A stretch of DNA of 64,000 bases, from assembly GCA_016183775.1 (NCBI GenBank), contig JACPDY010000144.1:6185-70184 (forward strand), read 5' to 3'. The stretch's first letter is position 1. Each line of letters opens with the position of its first letter. A program made the translations under genes and the position numbers. Of the stretch, positions 48,701 to 57,897 are shown one piece after another. The notes under the pieces are model-generated. The model saw only the letters and a program-made list of their open reading frames with translations. It searched no databases and was not told where the DNA came from. This DNA is from Bacteroidota bacterium (GTDB taxonomy: Bacteria; Bacteroidota; Bacteroidia; JABDFU01).

Positions 48701-48811
48701 GTTATGGTTTTTGTTGAATACTCCGTTCACCGGAAATGTTTCCTGTGCTGTAATGTAATGTATAAGCGTCCCAAAAACGCAAAAGAGAAAAACTTTTCGG
48801 AGTTGTTGCAT
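45710..48811 (-). CDS. Large amidohydrolase family protein (1033 aa, secreted, acidic EEEESY tail)
   Basis: Signal peptide present. Two amidohydrolase-like segments (GKNIYPSLIDIYTGYGL; GIIDEHSHIAVSGNVNE). It is often found paired with the preceding gene in Bacteroidetes. Confidence 0.75.
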   Translation of the reverse strand: MQQLRKVFLFCVFGTLIHYITAQETFPVNGVFNKNHNYYAFTNARIYTDFETIIENGTLLIKDGEIVEVGDKVTLPKGTLTYDLKGKNIYPSLIDIYTGYGLPEVKKAARNRSQPPQYESSTKGAYNWNQAIKAEFDAFRSFVHDKKAAEEYRKLGFGIVLTLQKDGIARGSAAIVGLGEENENESVIVDKAAACYSFDKGSSSQQYPSSLMGSIALIRQTYLDAQWYKENQKKTEFNASLDAWNKLLALPQFFEVKDKLSALRAAKIGKEFSTQYIIKGAGDEYQRLEDIKETHCRFILPLNFPNAYNVDDPYDAMNISMEELKHWEMAPANPSFFEKKSIEFALTAADLKDKNDFWKNLRKAIDHGLSEKQALKALTVTPAEMLGISAKAGRLKKGMLAGFIITSGNLFDAKTKIHENWIKGNQYIINDYNVTDLNGNYDLKVGPDKQYSMKIKGEPGDFKGILSAANDTNKTTAIIKADHNAISISFIPGSQKETIRLSGVIDEKKFFTGGLSPEGRIILRGRGELNTGEWVDWTATYKSDLKEPAKKDTAQKEKPTIGEVYYPFCAYGEPDKDRTFAQQLRERQHAILIKNVTVWTNDSTGVLKNKDVYINSGHIVAIDDAIKPLKTANAVEIDGTGKHLTAGIIDEHSHIAVSGNVNEAAQSVTAEVRIGDVVNSDDINIYRQLAGGVTASQLLHGSANPVGGQSALIKLRWGQSPEKMKIENADGFIKFALGENVKQSNWGDGFNTRFPQTRMGVEQVYYDVFTRAKEYDERIKKYNALSKNEKTLTQPPRKDIELDAILEILNKKRFVTCHSYVQSEINMLMHVADSMGFKVNTFTHILEGYKVADKMKAHGAGGSTFADWWAYKMEVKDAIPYNAAILSKMGIVTAINSDDAEMGRRLNQESAKAIKYGGLSEEDALKLCTLNPAKLLHLDKKVGYVKVGYDADVVLWSDNPLSVNTKAEKTIIDGIIYYDIDKDKKLRDDMQKERTRLIQKMIAAKKNGEKTQRAESKQQKMKHCDDFEEEESY

Positions 48812-48905
48812 TGTGAATACGTTGAATAAATCTGGTTGTTACCGCAAAGGATTAAATGTACACAGGTTTATTGAAATCTGGAAAAGGCGGGTGAATTATT
48901 TCCAA

Positions 48906-49886
48906 TTACTGATCTCTCAGCATAGAATGCCGGGATGGCTCCCTGTTGCTTACCCTCGGTTTGCTTAACCAATAAGGAGTTCTGAATATATAGCCGATAT
49001 TAAAGCCGCCTGTAAAAGCCATTGGAAAATCTTCTCCAAAAAAGGTATGACTGTACCTGCGTGGGTCCCAATCGTAATAATTTGGGATCGGGGTGCCCGA
49101 GAAGCTGGTGGCTTTATCCTCCATGCCATAGCCTACACCCATATACCATCCTACGGTTATAAAATTTCCGAAAATAAATTGCCGGCCGTATTGTATATCA
49201 AGAGCGAGGCCAAGGTAGTTGTTATGTACGCCAACAGAGCTTGTCGTGTTATTTCCATTAAAATTACTTTGATACGCTGAATGGTCTGTAGAAAGACTAT
49301 ATATAATAGTTTCAATTTTAAAGTACCTGCCTTTTAACGGATGAGCATATCTTGCGCCTTCTATTTCAATATCGGAGGAGTTGCCAAGCAAAAACTTAGG
49401 GCCGGTACGGACAAATACACCTTTAGGATGATAATTCATATAACTATCTGAGGCACCAACGCCGGGGCCGACAATGCCTAATCCAGCCTCCCAGTTAAAT
49501 CCCGGCCTGATCATCCATTCATAACTAAAGGCAAGGTGATGGCTAAGGGGCGAAAAAAAATTAAATTTTATGGAACTTGTTTTATCAATGATTGCACTGT
49601 TACTTACACTCATCGGATCGTCCTTAAATTCATTTACGGAAATCAGTTTATCCGCTTTCCCTTCAATTTTCAACGACTTAACTTCTTTTTTGCTGATCAC
49701 AACTGTAGGGCCATCGGGTGCGTCGAAGTATTTGAACTTTATTTCTGTAGTGCCAATCTCTATTATTTTAGCCTTTATCTGCTCGTTATCTTTTTTGATA
49801 ATAATATCCTGAGCAATGCTATGACTAACTGATATCAATAAGCAGGTTATTGATGTCGTTATAAAGTGGTTTCTCGATTTTCCCAT
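48906..49886 (-). CDS. Hypothetical secreted protein (326 aa)
   Basis: Signal peptide (ITCLLISVSHSIAQD). No motif was recognised. Confidence 0.5.
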   Translation of the reverse strand: MGKSRNHFITTSITCLLISVSHSIAQDIIIKKDNEQIKAKIIEIGTTEIKFKYFDAPDGPTVVISKKEVKSLKIEGKADKLISVNEFKDDPMSVSNSAIIDKTSSIKFNFFSPLSHHLAFSYEWMIRPGFNWEAGLGIVGPGVGASDSYMNYHPKGVFVRTGPKFLLGNSSDIEIEGARYAHPLKGRYFKIETIIYSLSTDHSAYQSNFNGNNTTSSVGVHNNYLGLALDIQYGRQFIFGNFITVGWYMGVGYGMEDKATSFSGTPIPNYYDWDPRRYSHTFFGEDFPMAFTGGFNIGYIFRTPYWLSKPRVSNREPSRHSMLRDQ

Positions 49887-50206
49887 TGGTAATAATACCT
49901 TAAAATTGATCGGTTATAATTTAGCCAGTAAATATATACCTATTTTTGTTTATATACCGGCTCGGTAAATATGTAGAGAAAAAACCTGGTAACTCTGCCG
50001 GAATAACTTTGTAATTGGAAATTTATTGCATATACTTAATTAACAAGGTTTCATAAAGTGCGGGTATTGACCCAGATTTTGCATAGGGCCATTGGGCGAG
50101 TTTATTTATAGAATGGGCTTCAGTAGGGGCGGCCCAAACAGAATATTTGCCCTGTTTCATAAAAATGAGTACCTTTGTCCCACTAACTCTATAAAGTATA
50201 TAGACT

Positions 50207-51990
50207 TTGAAAAATGTAGAAGTTAAAAAAGATGTAGTTATTCTTTTTGCCGGTGATTCAGGTGATGGAATACAACTTACAGGGGCGCAGTTTACTGCCA
50301 CTAATGCTCTCTTTGGCAATGATGTAAGCACATTTCCGAATTTTCCGGCGGAGATACGTGCTCCGCAAGGTACTCTGCCCGGAGTTTCCGGGTTTCAGTT
50401 GCGTTTTGGAAGTGTCGAAATTTATACTCCCGGCGATATAAGTGATGTGTTGGTGGTCATGAATGCCGCGGCCTTGAAAGCGAATTTGAAACAGTTGAAG
50501 ACAGGCGGAACGATCATCGCCAATACAGATGGATTTGATCCTAAAAATCTGGGGCTCGCCAAATATCCTGCGGGAGTCAATCCTTTGAAGGATGGCTCGC
50601 TTGATAAATATTCTGTTATTGAAATTGATGTGACCAAACTAACACGCAATGCGCTGTCAGGTTGCGGCTTGGGGACAAAAGAAACCGACAGGTCGAAGAA
50701 TATGTTTGTATTGGGTTTTATTTGCTGGATGTATAACCGTAATCTAGACCATTCGATCGATTTTATTAAAGAACAATTTAAGAAGCGTCCTGAACTTATT
50801 GATGCCAACCTGAAGGTGTTGAATGCCGGTTTCAGTTATGGGAGTACCGGAACATTACCGGTAACCAGGCAGCTGCACTGGGTTTGATCGCGGCTGCGCA
50901 AAAATCAGGACTAACCTTGTTTTATGGATCGTATCCGATAACACCGGCTTCCGATATACTACATGAATTATCGAAACATAAAAATTTTGGTGTAAAAACG
51001 TTCCAGGCTGAAGATGAAATAGCAGCGGTTACTTCGGCCATAGGCGCCTCTTTCGGGGGTAGCCTTGGTGTTACTGCTTCCTCCGGCCCTGGTATTGCAT
51101 TGAAAACTGAAGCCATTGGGTTGGCATTGATGCTTGAACTTCCTCTTGTTATTTGTAATGTACAGCGCGGTGGACCAAGCACAGGTTTACCTACTAAAAC
51201 AGAACAGGCAGATCTGCTACAGGCTATTTATGGCCGTAATGGAGAGGCTCCTGTTCCGGTTATCGCGGCGAGTACTCCTTCAGATTGTTTTGATACGGTT
51301 TATGAAGCTTGCCGCATAGCTATAGAGCATATGACCCCTGTGTTTTTTCTGAGTGATGGTTATATAGCAAATGGCGCTGAACCATGGGAATTTCCCAAAG
51401 CAGCTGAACTCCCTGCGATCACTGTTCAGTTCGCGACAAATGATATGAAAGAGGGGGAGAAATTTTTGCCATATAAACGGAATGAAAAATTAGCCCGCAA
51501 GTGGGCCATCCCCGGAACAAAAGGCCTGGAACATCGTATTGGCGGAATCGAGAAGGAGAATGAAACCGGGAATATTTCGTACGATCCCGAAAACCATGAG
51601 TTCATGGTAAAGTTGCGTGCTGAACGGGTTGAAAAAATTGCTGATTTTATTCCCCTTCAGAAAATAGATAATGGAAAAGAAAAAGGGAAATTACTTGTCA
51701 TTGGCTGGGGTTCTACTTATGGCGCGGTTAAAACAGCGGTGAAAGAAGCTATAGCTGAAGGTTACGAAGTATCGCATGTGCATTTGAAATATCTGAATCC
51801 ATTGCCTAAAAATCTGGGAAGTATTATAAAGCAGTTTGAGAAAGTAGTGATGCCTGAAATGAATAACGGTCAGCTGATAAAAATAATTCGCGATAAATTT
51901 TTAGTGAACGCACAGGGGTTGAATAAAATTAAAGGAATGCCGTTCACTACAGGAGAGGTTAAAAGTAAAATAATTGAAATGTTAAAATAG
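50207..51990 (+). CDS. korA: 2-oxoglutarate/2-oxoacid:ferredoxin oxidoreductase alpha subunit KorA, interrupted by an apparent 1-nt deletion (frame change near 50840-50845)
   Basis: ORF 50207-50887 encodes the gamma domain. ORF 50884-51990 encodes the alpha domain ([10 protein letters not shown]; [16 protein letters not shown]). The second frame is open from 50803 and reads ..[20 protein letters not shown], the canonical start of the alpha domain. The frames meet at tatGGGag (50840-50842), so a fourth G would restore ..[14 protein letters not shown]... Confidence 0.8.
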
Positions 51991-52069
51991 TTGTTGGTTG
52001 TCAGTTGTCGGTTATTGTTTTTTGATACAACCGGACAACTAACAACTAACAACCGACAACTGACAACAA
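51991..52069 (+). other. 79-bp imperfect palindrome built from GTTGTNN / NNACAAC heptamers, filling the entire korA-korB spacer
   Basis: ttgtcagttgtcggtt (51998-52013) is the exact reverse complement of aaccgacaactgacaa (52051-52066). The loop contains caaccggacaactaacaactaacaa, which can pair further with gttgttggttg. Confidence 0.6.
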
Positions 52070-53095
52070 ATGACGACTGCAACAGAAATAAAACTTACCC
52101 CAAAAGATTTCACGACCGACCAGGAAGTGCGCTGGTGCCCGGGTTGTGGTGATTATTCTATTTTAAAACAGGTTCAAACGGTTTTACCCGAACTGGGTCT
52201 GAAGCGTGAAAATATTGTATTTATTTCGGGCATCGGATGTTCATCACGTTTGCCATATTATATGGAGACGTTCGGTATGCACAGCATTCATGGCCGGGCA
52301 ACAGCAATTGCCAGCGGATTGAAGGCGACCCGCCCCGAATTGAGCGTATGGATCGTAACAGGTGATGGCGATTCTTTATCAATTGGTGGCAACCATTTAA
52401 TCCATTTGCTTCGCCGAAATTTTGATGTGAATATACTTTTGTTCAATAACGAGATATATGGATTAACAAAAGGGCAATATTCTCCGGCATCGCCTGAAGG
52501 TCTTGTTACCAAATCAACACCGTATGGTTCAATTGATCATCCTTTCAATCCTCTTGCATTGTGCTTAGGTGCTGATGCCACATTTGTGGCACGCTCCATG
52601 GATCGTGATCCCGTTCATTTGCGTGAAATATTGAAACGATCGCACGCGCATAGGGGTTCGTCATTGGTTGAGATCTACCAGAACTGCAATGTGTTCAATG
52701 ATGGCGCGTTTGAAATATTCACGGAGAAAACGACAAAGAAAATAAATACGATTTTTGTTGAACATGGAAAACCGCTGTTGTTTGGTGAAAATAGTTCTAA
52801 AGGAATCAAGCTGGATGGGTTTTCACCTGTAATAGTTGATATGAATGCTCATTCGCCTAACGATCTGTGGATACATGATGAACAGGATTATAATAAAGCC
52901 ACACTTTTAACACGTTTCTTTGATGATCATTCAAAATCGGGCGCATTGCCGCGTGTATTTGGCGTGCTTTATGTCAATGACCGCCCTACTTATGAGAGCT
53001 TATTGAATCAGCAAATACAGCAGGCAGTTGATGCCAGGGGCAAGGGCGACCTGGATGCATTGCTTCGCGGCAGAAGTACGTGGAAAATAAGTTAA
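52070..53095 (+). CDS. korB: 2-oxoglutarate/2-oxoacid:ferredoxin oxidoreductase beta subunit KorB (TPP-binding)
   Basis: WCPGCGDYSIL; GIGCSSRLPYY; GDGDSLSIGGNHLIH. Confidence 0.9.
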   Translation: MTTATEIKLTPKDFTTDQEVRWCPGCGDYSILKQVQTVLPELGLKRENIVFISGIGCSSRLPYYMETFGMHSIHGRATAIASGLKATRPELSVWIVTGDGDSLSIGGNHLIHLLRRNFDVNILLFNNEIYGLTKGQYSPASPEGLVTKSTPYGSIDHPFNPLALCLGADATFVARSMDRDPVHLREILKRSHAHRGSSLVEIYQNCNVFNDGAFEIFTEKTTKKINTIFVEHGKPLLFGENSSKGIKLDGFSPVIVDMNAHSPNDLWIHDEQDYNKATLLTRFFDDHSKSGALPRVFGVLYVNDRPTYESLLNQQIQQAVDARGKGDLDALLRGRSTWKIS

Positions 53096-53259
53096 TCCCC
53101 CTCCGCGATGCTGCGGGGGACGAGAAAGGTAGGTTTAATTCCTCGAGGCTTGCTACAAAATTTGAGTTCTGAGGCAAATATCATTGTGCCATTGTGATTG
53201 AAAAATTTATAGCTTTGTTTGTATATATCTGATAAAAGTCAAACTAACAAACACATAAA

Positions 53260-53844
53260 ATGAAACAATTTTTCAATACCATCATGATTTTTGCAACAGC
53301 AAGTATCTTGTTTGTTTCCTGCAGCAGGGAGTCCGGCATATCCTTAACAAAGCGCCATTACCGAAGCGGCTATTATGTGGAACGAAATCATAGTAGCCAT
53401 GTTGGAGTAGAAGCGCGGGAAACCGGGAAGTCCAGTGATAAAAAAGTTGAAGTGCCTGTAAGTATATCAACATTGATGCCCGGGCAGGAGAGCTCCGGAA
53501 AGGTCATTGCTTCAGAAAACAAAGCAGGAATTACTAAAGCTAAAAATGTAAAAGAACTTGTTCGTTCGATCAGGCCATCTTCAATTAAATCAGAAGATCA
53601 GGCTCCGATTGATAATGCAATTACGGGAGGCTCTGTAGAGAGAAAAAATATGTTTTTTGAAAAGAAGGAGATTATGGCTAGTGGTTCAGCAATAGGTCAC
53701 AGCTTAGTGTGGATCATTATAGTAGTATTGTTAATATTATGGGGACTTTCCCTATTAAGCGGGGCTGGCGGCGGTGGCTTACTTTGGCTGCTATTGGTTA
53801 TTGCATTAGTATTACTGATCTTAAGGTTACTGGGGATTTTGTAA
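53260..53844 (+). CDS. Hypothetical lipoprotein with a C-terminal double-TM hydrophobic tail
   Basis: Lipobox (ILFVSCS). C-terminus reads LVWIIIVVLLILWGLSLLSGAGGGGLLWLLLVIALVLLILRLLGIL. Confidence 0.5.
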   Translation: MKQFFNTIMIFATASILFVSCSRESGISLTKRHYRSGYYVERNHSSHVGVEARETGKSSDKKVEVPVSISTLMPGQESSGKVIASENKAGITKAKNVKELVRSIRPSSIKSEDQAPIDNAITGGSVERKNMFFEKKEIMASGSAIGHSLVWIIIVVLLILWGLSLLSGAGGGGLLWLLLVIALVLLILRLLGIL

Positions 53845-53875
53845 AAGGTACTTTACCTATTGAATTGATAATTAT

Positions 53876-53912
53876 AAGCCGGCTTCTGATAAAACAGAGG
53901 CCGGCTTTTTTT
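53876..53912. terminator. Bidirectional rho-independent terminator between the lipoprotein gene (+) and nadE (-)
   Basis: agccggcuucug / cagaggccggcu stem (one mismatch), loop auaaaa, T8 on the plus strand and an A-run on the other side. Confidence 0.7.
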
Positions 53913-53921
53913 GAGAAGGGG

Positions 53922-54701
53922 TTATCTTAATTCTTTTGGAATAATGCACACCGGTATAGGTTGCATTTTATGTTGGTTAGCTTTATTCAGTCGGGAATAA
54001 ATATCCAGTACAGTTTGTTCCCGTTTCGAAAGTTTACTGAGATCGCCGGGTTTTTCTGAGAATTTCATTGCCTGTTCCAATTCATCATATGTGGCGCCAA
54101 TCTGGTCTTCATCGCTGCGTCCGTCGGCCCATAGGCCATCCGTAGGCTTCGCGGTTAATATTGAATTCACAACAGCCAATTCTTTACAAAGCGCGTATAC
54201 TTCCGATTTCATAAGGTCGGCAATAGGACTAATGTCAACACCCCCATCACCGTATTTAGTGAAAAACCCCACGCCAAAATCTTCCACTTTATTACCTGTT
54301 CCTGCCACCAGCATTTTTTTATTGCATGAGAAGGCATATAGTGTCAGCATACGCAGGCGTGCGCGTGTATTGGCCATTGTAAGCCAGTCTTGTATGTTTT
54401 GTGGAAATGTTGCTTCAATGGAACTGAATATGCCTGTGAGGTCAATTGCGTGTGAGGACACATTCGGATAATTTTTACTAAGCCACTCGATGTGTTCTAC
54501 GCCCCTGTAATATTCGGCTTTATGCTGACGAATGGGCATATTCAAACAAATGACCTGCTTTCCGGTTTTTGCACATAGGGTGGAGGTGAGTGCCGAATCA
54601 ATACCGCCTGAAATGCCTATTACAAATCCGTTTGTTTTCGATCGTTCGGAATAAGTCTTTAGCCAGTTAACAATATGGTCTATGGCCTCTTTATTCTTCA
54701 T
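53922..54701 (-). CDS. nadE: NH3-dependent NAD+ synthetase NadE
   Basis: PP-loop motif (GISGGIDSALTSTLC). Confidence 0.9.
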   Translation of the reverse strand: MKNKEAIDHIVNWLKTYSERSKTNGFVIGISGGIDSALTSTLCAKTGKQVICLNMPIRQHKAEYYRGVEHIEWLSKNYPNVSSHAIDLTGIFSSIEATFPQNIQDWLTMANTRARLRMLTLYAFSCNKKMLVAGTGNKVEDFGVGFFTKYGDGGVDISPIADLMKSEVYALCKELAVVNSILTAKPTDGLWADGRSDEDQIGATYDELEQAMKFSEKPGDLSKLSKREQTVLDIYSRLNKANQHKMQPIPVCIIPKELR

Positions 54702-54717
54702 GTGTTAAAATTACGAA

Positions 54718-54751
54718 ATAAAAAATCCCGACCAGATGAGCCGGGATTTTT
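54718..54751 (-). terminator. Rho-independent terminator after the OM beta-barrel gene
   Basis: aaaaaucccg-accagaugag-ccgggauuuuu, with T-tracts on both strands. Confidence 0.6.
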
Positions 54752-54769
54752 CGTGAATAGAAAATATTT

Positions 54770-55495
54770 CTAGAACAAAACGCCTACAGTAAATGTCACA
54801 CCCTTTGATTTAAGCGATGGAAGTTCTTTTCCGTTCGAATCTTCCTTCTTTAGTAAAGGAGTAAACCCATTATCGAAAGTGGCCCCTGCAACTATAGAGG
54901 TGCTTCCAGCGATGTTAAATTCAAGTCCGAGTCCGATAAGCAATGATTCACGTAAAGGGAATATGTTGTCCTTTTTAGTATCAGAACCTGTGGTAACGGT
55001 AGTTCCGATGGTAGTGGTCCATGAGTTTTTAACGCTCAGTGCAAACCCGGTACCTAAACCAAACTGGCCAAAATATTTTATCATTCCTATTTCCTTGGTT
55101 TTCATTTTCAAAAAAAGAGGTATTTGGAGATATTGGATATTGAAATTTGAAGCGCTGGTGCCTGTAAGCGTTCCGGCTTTAATATCTGTTATACTTTTAG
55201 CTCCCGCCGCAACCATATCAACACCTGTAACAAGGTAGTAGTTGTCAGTCAGCCCGAATTCAAGCATAGCGCCATATCCAAATCCAAATCTTGTACCATC
55301 ATTTTTAGTAGAATCTTCGGTGGAGCTCAGCCAGTATACACCAGGAACGACTTTTAAACCAAAATGAATGTTTTTTTGAGCAGTCATTTGATTTCCAATA
55401 GTTATTGCCAATAAAACTGCTAATGCAAGTTTTACAATTTTGTTAATTTTTGTATTTGATCGGTTCATGGGTTTAATTTTATAATTTTGAGACAA
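54770..55495 (-). CDS. Outer-membrane beta-barrel (porin-family/OmpA-like barrel) protein
   Basis: Signal peptide, alternating hydrophobic beta-strands, and a C-terminal ...FTVGVLF. Confidence 0.6.
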   Translation of the reverse strand: MSQNYKIKPMNRSNTKINKIVKLALAVLLAITIGNQMTAQKNIHFGLKVVPGVYWLSSTEDSTKNDGTRFGFGYGAMLEFGLTDNYYLVTGVDMVAAGAKSITDIKAGTLTGTSASNFNIQYLQIPLFLKMKTKEIGMIKYFGQFGLGTGFALSVKNSWTTTIGTTVTTGSDTKKDNIFPLRESLLIGLGLEFNIAGSTSIVAGATFDNGFTPLLKKEDSNGKELPSLKSKGVTFTVGVLF

Positions 55496-55628
55496 TTAAC
55501 ATTAAATTATAAGCAATAATAAGCATTTTTTGTACATAATGACAAAGCGCTGTTTACTTATTTTTTTATACCAACTTGTCATTAAGTCTCATAAAATAAA
55601 ATGGTGGCTTGATGGCGTAGTTGGTAGC

Positions 55629-56642
55629 ATGCCCCGCAGAAATGGCTTTTTTGCTGTCGTCTGGGCATTTATTCCTTTACTTGTGGCTTGTTCGGGAAAC
55701 AGGTTGGATGTGGATGTTTCAGAGATTAAGGTCGAAGAGCTGAAGATCGACAGATTAGAAGAGGATCTCTTTAACGCTAAAATTTCCGGTGCCGGGTTGA
55801 AGTTACAGTTAGAAAAGAAATATGGTGATTTTTATTTGAGTTTTCAGAATGTGGTCAGCGGTGGTGCTGTGCCTGATTCTGCGGCTATAAACTCATTAGG
55901 CATGTTCGTGCGTGATTCAGCAATGAAAGAGGCATATAACGAATGCAAAAAAAAATATCCCGACCTCAGCTGGCTTAAAAACGACCTGACCGAAGTATAC
56001 AGACATTTTAATTATCATTTCCCGAAATACAGATTGCCGCGTGTTGTAACGTATATGTCAGGGTTCAATTTTTCGATATTAAGGGTAGATTCAACTATCG
56101 GTATCGCTTTGGAAATGTATTTGGGTAATAATAATAAATTCTATCAAATGCTGCAGTTTCCAAAGTATAAGACAATGACCATGGAAAAGGAATACATGGT
56201 ATCGGATTTTGCTCGCGGCTGGATGACGACTGAGTTTCCGAAAAATGGAAGTGGAAAAGATCTTCTGAATGAGATTATTTATAATGGAAAGCTCTTGTAT
56301 CTCGTTGACGCATTGTTGCCGGAGCTAAATGATACAGTCAAAATGGGCTACACCCAAAAACAGCTCGAGTGGTGCGAACAAAATGAATACAATATGTGGG
56401 CTTATTTTGTGCAGAAAAAAGTCTTATATATCTCTAATCCGGGTGAAATAATTAAATATACCGGTGAAGGCCCTTTTACTTCAGCATTCAATAAAGAATC
56501 TCCGGCACGTGTTGGCACCTGGATAGGTTGGCATATCGTTCGGGCATATATGAATAATCATCCTGAAGTGTCACTCGAAGAATTGATGAAAGATAATGAC
56601 GCACAAAAGCTTCTTACACGATCTAAATATAAACCCAGGTAA
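55629..56642 (+). CDS. gldB: About 38-kDa lipoprotein, possibly gliding-motility lipoprotein GldB
   Basis: Lipobox (LLVACSG). The 338-aa size matches what I recall as the reported size of the GldB lipoprotein, and the C-terminal WIGWHIVRAYM region is conserved-looking. The assignment is from memory of the family, not a search. The ORF start at 55530 is probably too far upstream, so M at 55629 is used. Confidence 0.45.
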   Translation: MPRRNGFFAVVWAFIPLLVACSGNRLDVDVSEIKVEELKIDRLEEDLFNAKISGAGLKLQLEKKYGDFYLSFQNVVSGGAVPDSAAINSLGMFVRDSAMKEAYNECKKKYPDLSWLKNDLTEVYRHFNYHFPKYRLPRVVTYMSGFNFSILRVDSTIGIALEMYLGNNNKFYQMLQFPKYKTMTMEKEYMVSDFARGWMTTEFPKNGSGKDLLNEIIYNGKLLYLVDALLPELNDTVKMGYTQKQLEWCEQNEYNMWAYFVQKKVLYISNPGEIIKYTGEGPFTSAFNKESPARVGTWIGWHIVRAYMNNHPEVSLEELMKDNDAQKLLTRSKYKPR

Positions 56643-56649
56643 GTTTATA

Positions 56650-57333
56650 ATGATCCGCGATTTTATTTCTCTTGTTTTTCCTACACTGTGTGCCGCTTGC
56701 GGCGAAGGGCTTTATAAAGGAGAAGAGGATATCTGTACGAAGTGCTTATTTGATCTGCCTAAAACAAATTATCACTTGAATCATGATAATCCTGTGGCGC
56801 GTTTGCTTTGGGGCAGAGTAAATGTATTGAAGGCCGCTTCGTACTACCGGTTTGCTAAAGGAGGTAAGGTTTCGGAGATGATCCACAGGTTCAAATATAA
56901 AGGACAAAAGAATATAGGAATAACGATCGGGAAGCAATTTGCCCATGAACTTAAGGAGACAGACTGGTTGAATGGAATTGATGCGATTGTGCCGGTCCCA
57001 CTTCATAAAGCTAAATTGAAAAAAAGAGGATATAACCAAAGTGAATATTTTGCGATCGGTATTTCCACGGTGTCGGATATTCCGGTTCTGAGCAATGTGT
57101 TGTTGCGAACTACGGCATCCGAAACACAAACGAGGCGATCGCGTTACCTGCGTTGGAAAAATGTGGAATCAATCTTTAAAGTGGATAGAATTGAACAGAT
57201 AAGGGGAAAAAGTATTTTATTGGTTGACGATGTAGTAACTACAGGTGCAACTATTGAGGCCTGTGCACAACGCATTTTGGAAATTCCGGACACAAAAGTA
57301 AGCGTAGCGACAATGGCTTATGCTACATTATAA
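56650..57333 (+). CDS. ComF-family protein (phosphoribosyltransferase domain)
   Basis: N-terminal Zn-finger-like (CAACGEGL..CTKC). C-terminal PRTase motif (ILLVDDVVTTGATIEAC). Confidence 0.8.
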   Translation: MIRDFISLVFPTLCAACGEGLYKGEEDICTKCLFDLPKTNYHLNHDNPVARLLWGRVNVLKAASYYRFAKGGKVSEMIHRFKYKGQKNIGITIGKQFAHELKETDWLNGIDAIVPVPLHKAKLKKRGYNQSEYFAIGISTVSDIPVLSNVLLRTTASETQTRRSRYLRWKNVESIFKVDRIEQIRGKSILLVDDVVTTGATIEACAQRILEIPDTKVSVATMAYATL

Positions 57334-57414
57334 GGATCTCCCGTTATAACTAAAACCATTAACTTTACAGGGTGCCCAGGTAATGAGCGCAATAATATAT
57401 ATTAACGCAGATCA

Positions 57415-57897
57415 ATGGCCGAATCAATTACAATAGTTGGGGGAAATAAACAAGAGAAGTATTCGTCGCTTATACCCCAGATAAAAGCGCTTGTAGAAGG
57501 AGAGACTGATATTGTTGCCAACTTGTCAAATATTATGGCTGCCTTAAAGCAAGGGCTGGGCTTTTTATGGGTAGGAGTCTATTTTGTAAAAGGAAATGAG
57601 TTGGTTTTGGGTCCGTTCCAGGGGCCGGTGGCGTGTACGCGAATTAAGCCGGGAAAAGGTGTTTGCGGAACTGCATGGAAGGAGAAGCAAATATTGATCG
57701 TTCCTGATGTGGATCAGTTTCCCGGTCACATTGCGTGCAGCGGCGATTCAAGATCCGAGATCGTGCTGCCCGCAATGAATAAAAGTGGTGAAGTTCTAAT
57801 GGTTTTGGATGTGGATAGTGATCAGTTGAATGATTTTGATGAAACTGATAAAATGTATTTGCAGGAAGTGGTTACGATAATAGAACGAATTATTTGA
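57415..57897 (+). CDS. GAF domain protein (free methionine-(R)-sulfoxide reductase-like)
   Basis: VGVYFVKGNELVLGPFQGPVACTRIKPGKGVCGTAWKEKQILIVPDVDQFPGHIACSGDSRSEIVLP. Confidence 0.8.
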   Translation: MAESITIVGGNKQEKYSSLIPQIKALVEGETDIVANLSNIMAALKQGLGFLWVGVYFVKGNELVLGPFQGPVACTRIKPGKGVCGTAWKEKQILIVPDVDQFPGHIACSGDSRSEIVLPAMNKSGEVLMVLDVDSDQLNDFDETDKMYLQEVVTIIERII

